Below, piece by piece: positions 38,621 to 46,750 of a stretch of 64,000 bases of DNA. Under the pieces are notes generated by a model. It saw only the letters and a list, made by a program, of their open reading frames with translations. It ran no database searches and was not told the origin of the DNA. Each line of letters opens with the position of its first letter. Positions within the stretch are counted from its first letter, which is position 1. Source of the DNA: a virus; the IMG/VR virus record IMGVR_UViG_3300044712_002706, positions 1 to 64,000 of that record. One strand, given 5' to 3'. The translations under genes were made by a program, and so were the position numbers.

Positions 38621-38649
38621 TTGACATAATATCATCATAGGCGTATAAT
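38621..38649 (+). promoter_or_regulatory. Rightward early sigma70 promoter
   Basis: Perfect TTGACA-17-TATAAT. Confidence 0.85.
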
Positions 38650-38777
38650 TTCAATCAGATAGTACATGAAATCTCACGCAGTAAATTCCAGGTCTCGACC
38701 GGGTAAACTCGGCAGACGGGTGATAAGACGTGAGCGGCGCTGAAGAACAGCGCACATTTCCCGAAAGGAGCGTTCGA

Positions 38778-38933
38778 ATGGAGTTTCTCAATATCTTGAA
38801 GGACATTGTTGGGGGGGGGCTTCCGGCGTCGGAAATCCCCGGGTTCCTGGCCTGGTTGATGGGCCGGAGTTTCTGGTTCTGGTTCGCCCTGGTGATGGGG
38901 ATCGTGGTGGGGGTGATCGTATGCAACCTGTAA
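38778..38933 (+). CDS. Small membrane protein
   Basis: AAGGAG RBS; hydrophobic C-terminus. Confidence 0.5.
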   Translation: MEFLNILKDIVGGGLPASEIPGFLAWLMGRSFWFWFALVMGIVVGVIVCNL

Positions 38934-39844
38934 CTTACCCCCCACAAACGATTGAGCGGAAAGCGCCGCCAGCGCCCTCCGCTCGGTTGGTCAGCACCGA
39001 GAAGCGCAGAACCACTATCATTGTAGCAGAAAGCTACCCAGGTTGTATGCCCGATTTATCTGAAACCGCCTACATCCCCGCTGACATGAACTGGCGTGTG
39101 TTGACGCCCAGCCAGGCAGCCCGCACGATTGCGGCAGCCAACGAGCATCTCAGCCCGGCGTTGATCGTGGTGCGCAGCTGGACGCCGAAGGGCAGCGAAG
39201 GCCGGCGTGGGTGGGGCTACCGCCACAATACGTTTGTGATGGTGGGCGGGAAGGCCAACCCGTTGAAGTTTCGCCGGTCTTATGGCGCTGGTGCTCCTGG
39301 GGAGCGGGTGGAAATCCGCCACAACGGGGGCTGCCAGGTGTGTGGTGAAATCCACGCCGATTATGCGCTGACCTGGGCGCAGGCCCCGGACGGCTGGGTG
39401 CTGGCTTGCGGTGCTTGCGCGCAAGCAAACCTGCTGCACGTGCAGAACGTGGTCAGCCCGTTTTACTGGCAGGGCGTTGGGAAAAGCGGGATATCGTCGC
39501 TGTGCGAATATGCGGAACCAGCCTATGCCTACCGCATTTTTGTAGATTTGACCACCGGCGGCGACGTGGAAGTGGCCGGGTACGCTGAAACGCTCGAAGC
39601 GCAGGAAGCCATCGAAGACGGCATCACTGCGCTTCGAGCCTGGGTGCGGGAGCATTCACGGATGCCATCGCTGGAGGAAGCGGCGGTCACGCTGGCCTTC
39701 GACAGTGGGGATCAGCACCCGGCGGCGGTGCTGCGCAGCGAAAAGAGACGGATAGGAAACGTCCTTTCACGCCTGGGGGAATTCGAGACGTTCAACGGCC
39801 TGATGGCATTTGTACGCCAGACGAAAAACGGGGGTGAGCGATGA
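38921..39844 (+). CDS. Hypothetical early protein (CxxC...CxxC)
   Basis: 307 aa ORF in operon. Confidence 0.65.
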   Translation: MQPVTYPPQTIERKAPPAPSARLVSTEKRRTTIIVAESYPGCMPDLSETAYIPADMNWRVLTPSQAARTIAAANEHLSPALIVVRSWTPKGSEGRRGWGYRHNTFVMVGGKANPLKFRRSYGAGAPGERVEIRHNGGCQVCGEIHADYALTWAQAPDGWVLACGACAQANLLHVQNVVSPFYWQGVGKSGISSLCEYAEPAYAYRIFVDLTTGGDVEVAGYAETLEAQEAIEDGITALRAWVREHSRMPSLEEAAVTLAFDSGDQHPAAVLRSEKRRIGNVLSRLGEFETFNGLMAFVRQTKNGGER

Positions 39845-40056
39845 AGGACGATTTCAAACCGGTTGCTACGCTGCTGGCGTTTGTTGCCATCATCCTGATT
39901 GTGGCGATGATGCTCTCCTATGTCACACACATCCAGTCTGACAAAGGGTTTGTGACGGTTACGGTGATGGTCGGCCAGCGTGTGGTTGGCGTCAAAAGCA
40001 TTTGCCTGCCTGGGTGCGAACGTCCAACGGTGCCAGCGCGGGGGGTGGAGCGATGA
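39841..40056 (+). CDS. Small membrane protein
   Basis: ATGA overlaps on both sides. Confidence 0.5.
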   Translation: MKDDFKPVATLLAFVAIILIVAMMLSYVTHIQSDKGFVTVTVMVGQRVVGVKSICLPGCERPTVPARGVER

Positions 40057-40460
40057 ACGGCCAGCCCAAGAAAATCACCCGTATTGACCTGGTGAACTTA
40101 CCCCACAAACAGGGCACGTTGGTCGAGAAATTCCAGGACGGCTGGACGGCCAGTAGCCGGGCGGTGATCACCACCACCAACAAAGAGATGACCTTTGCCG
40201 AAATCGTCGAGTGGTTGAAGGCCAACGAATGGCTGGTCTACGAATGGCCGGCCTGCCCGGAACTTGGCATCGAGCAAGGGGCGCGGGCATTCCGTGGCAA
40301 GCCCTTGCCGGTGCGTACCAAGAACACGCTGATTTGGTATCGTAATTTACTTGGAGAGCGTTTCGACCGGGCGATGAAAGACCGCCGCGACCCCTACACG
40401 GGCCAACTCATCCCGCTGCCAATCAATCTCTCAACGATTGACCTGGCGTTATATTTGTAA
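40053..40460 (+). CDS. Hypothetical protein
   Basis: GGAG RBS, ATGA overlap. Confidence 0.6.
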   Translation: MNGQPKKITRIDLVNLPHKQGTLVEKFQDGWTASSRAVITTTNKEMTFAEIVEWLKANEWLVYEWPACPELGIEQGARAFRGKPLPVRTKNTLIWYRNLLGERFDRAMKDRRDPYTGQLIPLPINLSTIDLALYL

Positions 40461-40520
40461 AGTTTTATGCCGGTGGCATCCTGGCAAGGCCGCCAGGATG
40501 CCACCGGCAGGAGGAACATC

Positions 40521-41327
40521 ATGGACGAAAAGTTGTTAGCTGAAATTCTGGCGCAGATGGTGCGGATTGCCGACTCGCTCGACATCATCGCCCGGGCTGG
40601 TGCTCCGCAAGAGCCGAACTACATCAAGCCGATTGGCGAGTATGTTGGGTTCGATTGGGCGACGATTGGGGCCACGGTGGTGAACAGCGACAATGACGGC
40701 CCGACGCACCTGGAATGGGGTGGGTTCATTTGGACCCGCCGAAGCCCGTCGAACAAGTTTGCTCCGGCCATCTGGTACAGCCGGGCGAGCGGGAAGGATG
40801 AAGAAGGGAACAACAACTACCTGAAGCTGATCACCTTTAAGACGATCAACGACGCCGACCCTATCCCTGGCAAAGTGGCGGCGGCCATTCCGCCGGCAGC
40901 AGCTCCGAAATTGCCGGTAGGGGGCCTTTCTCAGCCTGTTGGCGATGGTGCTGATAAAAAACCTTATCGAAACCATGAAAACACTACTTCAGCCAAGCCC
41001 CCCTCCCCCACCGGCCAGACGCCGCCATCAAATGGAAATGGCGAACCCAAGGCGGGTGAATTTGTGGGAACGCAAACCTACTACACGCTTGGAAGTGGTC
41101 GAAAGTGGAACCTTTCGCGTGAGTGGCTGGTTGAGATCGCTACCCTGGCTGGTATCAACACGCGTGTCGCCAAGCCGGATTTTTCAAAAGCATTTGCCTG
41201 GCTGCCCTACTTTGCTGAGGGGAAAGCGGGCGGCAAAGGACTGGCAGATTTGAAGGCGATTTTACAGCAGTGCAACATGGACGTGCATCAGGCTATCTCG
41301 ATGATGCGTGAGCAGGTGCGGCCATGA
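40521..41327 (+). CDS. DdrB-like ssDNA-binding/annealing protein
   Basis: FDW..IGA, RR, PAI.YSR and Y..L..F motifs recall Deinococcus DdrB; AGGAGG RBS. Confidence 0.55.
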   Translation: MDEKLLAEILAQMVRIADSLDIIARAGAPQEPNYIKPIGEYVGFDWATIGATVVNSDNDGPTHLEWGGFIWTRRSPSNKFAPAIWYSRASGKDEEGNNNYLKLITFKTINDADPIPGKVAAAIPPAAAPKLPVGGLSQPVGDGADKKPYRNHENTTSAKPPSPTGQTPPSNGNGEPKAGEFVGTQTYYTLGSGRKWNLSREWLVEIATLAGINTRVAKPDFSKAFAWLPYFAEGKAGGKGLADLKAILQQCNMDVHQAISMMREQVRP

Positions 41328-42034
41328 AGTTCCCAGGCGAATCCCCCGCCCTCCGCCACCAGGCGGAGGGCTACCCGGCGCAGTGGGCCGGGCGTGTGCC
41401 CTTGCGGGTGCGGATGGTCAAAACAGCAACGGCGTGTTATCCATTCGGCATCCTCGACCGGGCTGAAGCATTGAAAGGCAAAGAATACGACGTGTACGTC
41501 AACAGCTACGGGGCTGCCAGCGCCATCGTCGGGCCTGATTCGCTGCTGGGCATCAAGCCGGATGAGTTCGAGATCGTTGCCTGGCATGAGCACATCCCCG
41601 ATGATGACCACGGCATGACGGCGGAGGAGTTCAACGCCCGCTACCCGGTCGGCACGCCGGTGCGTTATTTTCCGGTGTTTGGCGAGCCATTCAACGAAAT
41701 GACGAGAACCCGCACGCCGGCGTGGGTGCTTGGTAATGGTTCGCCGGTGGTGAGTTTGTGTGGGCGAGCTGGCGGGGTTGCGCTGCGCAACCTGGACGTG
41801 ATCCAGGGGGAAGAACCGGCGCTGGCCGTGATGAGCAAGGATGACCAGATCGCCAACCTGGTGGACGTGCTTTTCGAGACGATCAGCCAGGCGTGCGAGA
41901 TTGAAAACGGTGGCCTATTCGACAGCATGGCGCTCAGCGCTTACGCATCGGCGATGCGCCTACTGGCCGATTATGGCAAGATGGAAATCGTCGAGGAAGC
42001 TGGCCGGCGGGTTGTGGCACGGAGGACGAAATGA
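41324..42034 (+). CDS. Hypothetical multi-domain phage protein
   Basis: FNARYPVGTPV.Y...TRT.AW motif common in phages. Confidence 0.6.
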   Translation: MKFPGESPALRHQAEGYPAQWAGRVPLRVRMVKTATACYPFGILDRAEALKGKEYDVYVNSYGAASAIVGPDSLLGIKPDEFEIVAWHEHIPDDDHGMTAEEFNARYPVGTPVRYFPVFGEPFNEMTRTRTPAWVLGNGSPVVSLCGRAGGVALRNLDVIQGEEPALAVMSKDDQIANLVDVLFETISQACEIENGGLFDSMALSAYASAMRLLADYGKMEIVEEAGRRVVARRTK

Positions 42035-42294
42035 GCGAATTGCGTGAAACCTACTCCATTCCGACTCGAGCGAAGAGCGCCCACCCGAAGCGGGTTGTCA
42101 TTCGCCCATGCAGATACCCAAACCCTGACAGCTACTACGTCATCAATATTAATCGCCCGCACCGCAAGGACTACCGCTGCGAGTATCACCGGCAAGATCG
42201 CCAGGTCAATCGGATCATTGACCTGGTGGGGCGTGAAAAGTTCTTTTTTGAGTTAGACGGTGGAGAAATCGAACTGTCTACACTGGAGTTGTAA
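42031..42294 (+). CDS. Hypothetical protein
   Basis: GGAGG RBS, overlapping stops/starts. Confidence 0.5.
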   Translation: MSELRETYSIPTRAKSAHPKRVVIRPCRYPNPDSYYVININRPHRKDYRCEYHRQDRQVNRIIDLVGREKFFFELDGGEIELSTLEL

Positions 42295-43007
42295 TGACTA
42301 TCAAACGTTTATTTTTCGACATTGAGACGGTCGCCAACCCGGAGATGGTAGCGCTGCTGCCAGAGCCGAAGGCCCCGGCGACCTACAAAGACCCCGAAAA
42401 GATCGCCGCTTACGTGGCCGAGAAGAAAGCCCAGCAGCTGGCCGAAGCCGCCCTCGACCCGGATACGGGAAGCGTGGCGGCCATCGGTTGGATGGAGATG
42501 GGCGGCGAAGACGGGCTGGAATCGCCAAAGAGTCTGAACCGCAAGGCCCCGCGGCGGAAGGTCGAGCCGCAGGCCGAGATCATCCTGCCGGCCAGTGATG
42601 CGAAACTTTCTCCGGTGAACGATGAACGCTGTGTGCTCAGCCGCTTTTGGGATCGCTTTTCTGATAATAACGGCAACGTGATCGGCTACAACCTGCTGGG
42701 CTTCGACATCCCCTACCTGATGCGGCGCTCGATGGCGCTGGGGCTGAAGCTGCCGATGATCCCCTTCATGTCCCGCTACCGGGTGGAGCCGGTGACTGAC
42801 TTGTACGCCATTCTGTACAACTGGGGGCCAGGCAAGGGGCTGAAGACGGTGTGCAAGATGTACGGCATCCCAAACCCGCTGCCGGAAGTGGATGGCAGCC
42901 AGGTGGCCGGGATGGACGCGGCGATGCTGCGCCAGTACGTGTGCAGCGACGTGCTGCTGACGGCGGCGCTGTTCAGCAAGATGAACGGGATTTACTTCTC
43001 GCTCTAA
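42294..43007 (+). CDS. PolB-related 3'-5' exonuclease (DEDD)
   Basis: FDIET, GYN..GFDIPYL and Y..SDV motifs (Exo I-III). Confidence 0.85.
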   Translation: MTIKRLFFDIETVANPEMVALLPEPKAPATYKDPEKIAAYVAEKKAQQLAEAALDPDTGSVAAIGWMEMGGEDGLESPKSLNRKAPRRKVEPQAEIILPASDAKLSPVNDERCVLSRFWDRFSDNNGNVIGYNLLGFDIPYLMRRSMALGLKLPMIPFMSRYRVEPVTDLYAILYNWGPGKGLKTVCKMYGIPNPLPEVDGSQVAGMDAAMLRQYVCSDVLLTAALFSKMNGIYFSL

Positions 43008-43032
43008 AAACAAATTTTGTTGGGAGGTTTGT

Positions 43033-43494
43033 ATGGATCAGAATCAGAATGCAGTTTTGTTTGTTGGATATCTCACGCTCGAGGAGTGGCTTCGGGCAGT
43101 GGATAAGAAGCGCCCGGTGTTTGCCGTGATGACGGCAACCGATGAAACGATGAGCTACATCGTGCGACGTGAGATAGTCATTGAAGTGGCGCAACCGGAG
43201 AACGTCCAGGCTATGGTGCATTACTGCCGCATTCTTGCCGGGCGCATGTCGTTTATGGGCGACTCCCCCGTCGAGAGCGATCACCCTGTGCGCACCGAGC
43301 GAGCACAGGGTTTGATGCGCATCATCGAGACCTGGCTGGAAGAGAAGGGGTTGACGGTGCTGCACGGGGCAATTGCCACGCCAATTGGGATGCAGTTCGT
43401 GAAAGGTTGGGCGGATTTCGTAACACTCGACAAGGCCACGCAAATGTTTGTATGGCCGGCGCATGATGCGCAGGAGGCTCTTGACAAATCATAG
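43033..43494 (+). CDS. Hypothetical protein
   Basis: GGAGG RBS; 153 aa. Confidence 0.6.
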   Translation: MDQNQNAVLFVGYLTLEEWLRAVDKKRPVFAVMTATDETMSYIVRREIVIEVAQPENVQAMVHYCRILAGRMSFMGDSPVESDHPVRTERAQGLMRIIETWLEEKGLTVLHGAIATPIGMQFVKGWADFVTLDKATQMFVWPAHDAQEALDKS

Positions 43495-43750
43495 ACCGTT
43501 TGTGCTATAATGACAGCGGCGACATGTTCTCCCTGTTTTCCACTTGTTCTCCCTCCTTAGAAGACTTTCCCCGGTTCCCCTCGCCGGGGAAAGCGCTTTA
43601 AGACAGCTTTATAAGTAGACCGAGTGTGCTATAATATGCGTGCCCGTTGGCAGGTTGCCCCCCTCAATCTGCGACGGGCCTCCCTTCAATACCCATATTT
43701 TAAAATTTTATTGGTAAACCCGGCCCGCTGACGAGCGGGCCGGTGCGGTT
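43481..43750 (+). ncRNA. Two tandem candidate small RNAs, each behind TAGACCGnnTGTGCTATAAT
   Basis: Repeated promoter at 43492-43511 and 43616-43635; C-rich loop hairpins; no ORF. Confidence 0.5.
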
Positions 43751-43756
43751 TATGAA

Positions 43757-44197
43757 CTATGGACAAAGTTTATACTCGTTCCATTCGAGTTTCTTGATAG
43801 CGGGGTCGTCAGAAAGAACATAAAAAGTTCCAGAAGATACAATAGAATCCCGATCTTTCCACCCTGTTGTTCCGTCTGGGTACTTCACCTTTAAGCCTTT
43901 TCCGCTGGGCATGGATGGGCAGTCGCTGGAGCCGCCCAATATCTCGAAAGCGTAGGTTTTTTCTTCTCCTCCCCCATAGTAAATCTTTACGCCAGCGTAG
44001 ACTTTCGCAAGTGGAGATGAGTATTTTTCCGCCGTTTTTGTTGCTTCTTCTGTTGGGTGTGGCGATGATGGTGCAGAAGAGTCCCGTGGCTGAAGTACAA
44101 AATAAGCAATGATGATCGCCGCAATCGAAGCGAAAAAAGTGTACTTGAGACACGAGTTTCCCTGTCGTCTCTGTTGGTGTTCTCCGAACGTTGTCAT
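43757..44197 (-). CDS. Single-TM protein (moron; superinfection exclusion candidate)
   Basis: AAGGAG RBS, lower GC, opposite orientation to neighbours. Confidence 0.6.
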   Translation of the reverse strand: MTTFGEHQQRRQGNSCLKYTFFASIAAIIIAYFVLQPRDSSAPSSPHPTEEATKTAEKYSSPLAKVYAGVKIYYGGGEEKTYAFEILGGSSDCPSMPSGKGLKVKYPDGTTGWKDRDSIVSSGTFYVLSDDPAIKKLEWNEYKLCP

Positions 44198-44257
44198 GAT
44201 TGGCTCCTTTTTGATAGATATATGGATATGTTGTCCCATGTGTAAATTATATCCCCG

Positions 44258-44277
44258 AGTGCTTGCGCGCAAGCACT
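44258..44277. promoter_or_regulatory. Perfect 20-bp palindrome (operator candidate)
   Basis: AGTGCTTGCGCGCAAGCACT between divergent genes. Confidence 0.55.
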
Positions 44278-44321
44278 ACCAGCAAATATGCAGTACAATT
44301 GTTCTGCAAAGGGTCTGATGT

Positions 44322-44531
44322 ATGACAAACAGTCCGGCTGCGGAACAATTGAGCGAGCGGGAAATGATACAGGTTGCGAATAGCCTCGTGGCGCACATCG
44401 GCACGAAGCGGTTTATCTTACTGGCCCAACTATTAGAAGACGTGAAGAAAGATACCCGGTATGGCCACATTTCTATTGTGGTGGTAGACGGCCGGGTGCG
44501 GGGGATGAAGGCGGAGAAGAGCTATGAATAG
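44322..44531 (+). CDS. Small DUF2292/YezD-like protein (candidate late antiterminator)
   Basis: C-terminal YGHISIVVVDGRV......KS resembles the YG.v.I.v.dG.v pattern of that family; directly precedes the late leader. Confidence 0.5.
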   Translation: MTNSPAAEQLSEREMIQVANSLVAHIGTKRFILLAQLLEDVKKDTRYGHISIVVVDGRVRGMKAEKSYE

Positions 44532-44544
44532 TACCAAAATCCTG

Positions 44545-44643
44545 TATAATTAATTTAAGCCTACGCCGTAGGCCTTGACCCTAGAGCACTGGGTATCCAG
44601 CGGGGTCGTTTGCAGTTTATTCTGCAAACGACCCCGCTTTTTT
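44545..44643 (+). promoter_or_regulatory. Late leader 1: promoter plus antiterminator/terminator switch
   Basis: TATAAT, GCCTAC hairpin, 32-nt core identical to 56074-56105, strong terminator with T-run. Confidence 0.75.
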
Positions 44644-44665
44644 GTTGTTTTGCTTAGGAGGCAAT

Positions 44666-45133
44666 ATGAAAAACAATCGTGTGATCAACCTGGTTTTATC
44701 GGCCCTGATGCTGGTGGCGCTGATTTTCGTGTCTGCGCACCCGGCCAGTGCCCAAGCTCAAACACCACCGGCGTCTGTGGATGCGTGGCTTGCGTTCGGC
44801 AAGGAAATTGCCACGCGGGGGGCGTGGTTGGGCCTGATCATCCTGCTCGACCTGATCTTGGGCGTCACCGTGGCGGTCAAGAATAAGACATTTCAATGGC
44901 AGAAGCTGGCGGACTTCCTCGGCGATTATGGGCCGAAGGTGGTGGGCTGGCTGTGTCTGGAAGTGTTACGGATGCTGCCGACGGATGTTGCTGCCGTCGC
45001 CGGCGTCGTGGGTACATTGGGCGTTGGCGCGTATGCCATCATTGTAGTAGCGGCTGTGGGCAGCGTGCTCAGCAGTGCCCAGGGCCTGGGGATAGTTCCG
45101 GCCAATGCGCCGGGGGTTTCGGCGAAGGGCTAA
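44666..45133 (+). CDS. Holin-like membrane protein
   Basis: Several TM segments; LD.I.G...A.K...F...KL motif; near endolysin. Confidence 0.65.
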   Translation: MKNNRVINLVLSALMLVALIFVSAHPASAQAQTPPASVDAWLAFGKEIATRGAWLGLIILLDLILGVTVAVKNKTFQWQKLADFLGDYGPKVVGWLCLEVLRMLPTDVAAVAGVVGTLGVGAYAIIVVAAVGSVLSSAQGLGIVPANAPGVSAKG

Positions 45134-45165
45134 TATCTTCTCGGACAAATGCAAGATAGCACAAC

Positions 45166-45630
45166 ATGGAAGCACTGTACACCTTCGCACTCGCCCTAAT
45201 CCCCGCCCTGATTGCCTATCTCGCCAGTCGAGCCAGGAACCGTTCTGACGCCGCCGAAATCATCACCCGGGCGGCGGCGCAGGCGGTGAAACTGACCGAG
45301 GAGCTGCTCGAGGATGCTAACCAAACGATAGAAAAGCTAAAGACGGATTACGGTAAATTGCAGGAGGATTACAGCGAGCTGAAGTGCCTGTATCACCAGC
45401 AAGTGGACGTAAACCGAGACCTGCGTGAGCGCGATGCCCAGCGAGAACTCGAACTCGCCAAACTGAAAGAGCAATACGAGAGCCAGATATTTGTCAATCA
45501 CGAACTATCCAAGCGCAACAAGGCGAACGAGCGCGAACTCTCGCAGCTGAGGCAGAAGATATTCGACATCGAGAGAAAGACCGGCCCCTTGAGCGATAGA
45601 GAGAAAGGGAGACAAGCCGTAAGTCAGTAA
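45166..45630 (+). CDS. TM plus coiled-coil lysis-cassette protein
   Basis: N-terminal TM segment, long coiled coil, between holin and lysin. Confidence 0.55.
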   Translation: MEALYTFALALIPALIAYLASRARNRSDAAEIITRAAAQAVKLTEELLEDANQTIEKLKTDYGKLQEDYSELKCLYHQQVDVNRDLRERDAQRELELAKLKEQYESQIFVNHELSKRNKANERELSQLRQKIFDIERKTGPLSDREKGRQAVSQ

Positions 45631-45641
45631 CGGCGGAAATC

Positions 45642-46745
45642 ATGATCAACGGCAAAGGCATATACATCTGGTATCTCAACCGCGGCGACGGAAACGGCTG
45701 CATTGCCGGCAATCTGCGCCTGTTGGTGTGGCTGCTGAAGGTAAACGGCTTCGGCCACATCCTGGTCAAGATCGCCGACGGCAGCGCCGTCATTCCTGGC
45801 GATGTTGGCCAACTGGTGCATCTCTGCCGGCAGGAAGGCATCCAGGTCTTCGGCTGGCAATACATCTACACCGGGTCCAACAACGAGGCCGATGTCGCCA
45901 TTCGCTTGTGCTTCGAGTACGGGCTGGATGGCTTCATCGTCAACGCCGAACGCCAGTTTGACCGGGTTGGTATGGATTCCGCAGCCGCTAACTATATGGG
46001 CCGGCTGCGTTCCGCCCTGGGAGATGATTTCCCCATCGGCCTGAGTTCGTACCGTTATCCGTCCGTCCATGCCGAGTTCCCTTGGCTGGCCTTCCTGGAA
46101 AAGTGCGACCTGGTCATGCCGCAGGTGTATTGGATGCAAGATAATGCACCCAACGCCCCGCTATACAACCTGGCCGCCACTTTCCGCGAACACAAGCAGT
46201 TGTATGGTGCGCTCGGCTTCGAGCGGCCCATCGTCTTCACCGGCGCATCGTTCAGTGAGCATGGCTGGGTGGCGACGCCTGAGCAAGTGCGTGTGTTTCT
46301 GGATGCCGTATCAACGATGGCACGCAGCGATAACCTGGTCGTGGATGCGTGCAACACCTGGGAGATGTGGGAGGCGCTCACTGAGAACGCCGAGCTGTGG
46401 CCCGTCATCGCCCAATACCCCTGGAGGTACACCCCGATGAGCACATTCGACGAATGGGCCGATATTGTTACCGACTCCCTGCGTTCGCAGGGCTTTCAAA
46501 TCCCCAACCCGCCGGTGACACAGGTCGAGCCGCCCGGCACGTTCCGGGTGCGCTTCGACGGCACCGTCAACCTGCGCAAGACACCCGGTGGAACCGACAT
46601 CGGCGACGTGAAGGGCGTGGTGACCGTTTCTGAACTGACCCAGCAGGCCCTGTATGGTGGTCGCTGGTATGAGTGGGGGCAGGTTACCGAGCCGGAGCAG
46701 TGGAAAGATGGCTGGGTGGCGATTGATAACGGGGTGCGGTTATAG
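45642..46745 (+). CDS. Endolysin (GH25-like TIM barrel plus SH3-like domain)
   Basis: GKGIYIW, VKIADG, GWQY, NAE and MPQVYW motifs; C-terminal NLR..PG. Confidence 0.7.
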   Translation: MINGKGIYIWYLNRGDGNGCIAGNLRLLVWLLKVNGFGHILVKIADGSAVIPGDVGQLVHLCRQEGIQVFGWQYIYTGSNNEADVAIRLCFEYGLDGFIVNAERQFDRVGMDSAAANYMGRLRSALGDDFPIGLSSYRYPSVHAEFPWLAFLEKCDLVMPQVYWMQDNAPNAPLYNLAATFREHKQLYGALGFERPIVFTGASFSEHGWVATPEQVRVFLDAVSTMARSDNLVVDACNTWEMWEALTENAELWPVIAQYPWRYTPMSTFDEWADIVTDSLRSQGFQIPNPPVTQVEPPGTFRVRFDGTVNLRKTPGGTDIGDVKGVVTVSELTQQALYGGRWYEWGQVTEPEQWKDGWVAIDNGVRL

Positions 46746-46750
46746 GTGAT

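Noticed and set aside
43481-43750. Mini-CRISPR or tRNA cluster
   Set aside because: The repeats are promoter sequences; no cloverleaf or repeat-spacer periodicity
44575-44886. ORFs starting in the late leaders (MTLEHWVSSGV; also 56060-56371)
   Set aside because: Their similarity comes from the conserved RNA element; no RBS, and they run through the terminator
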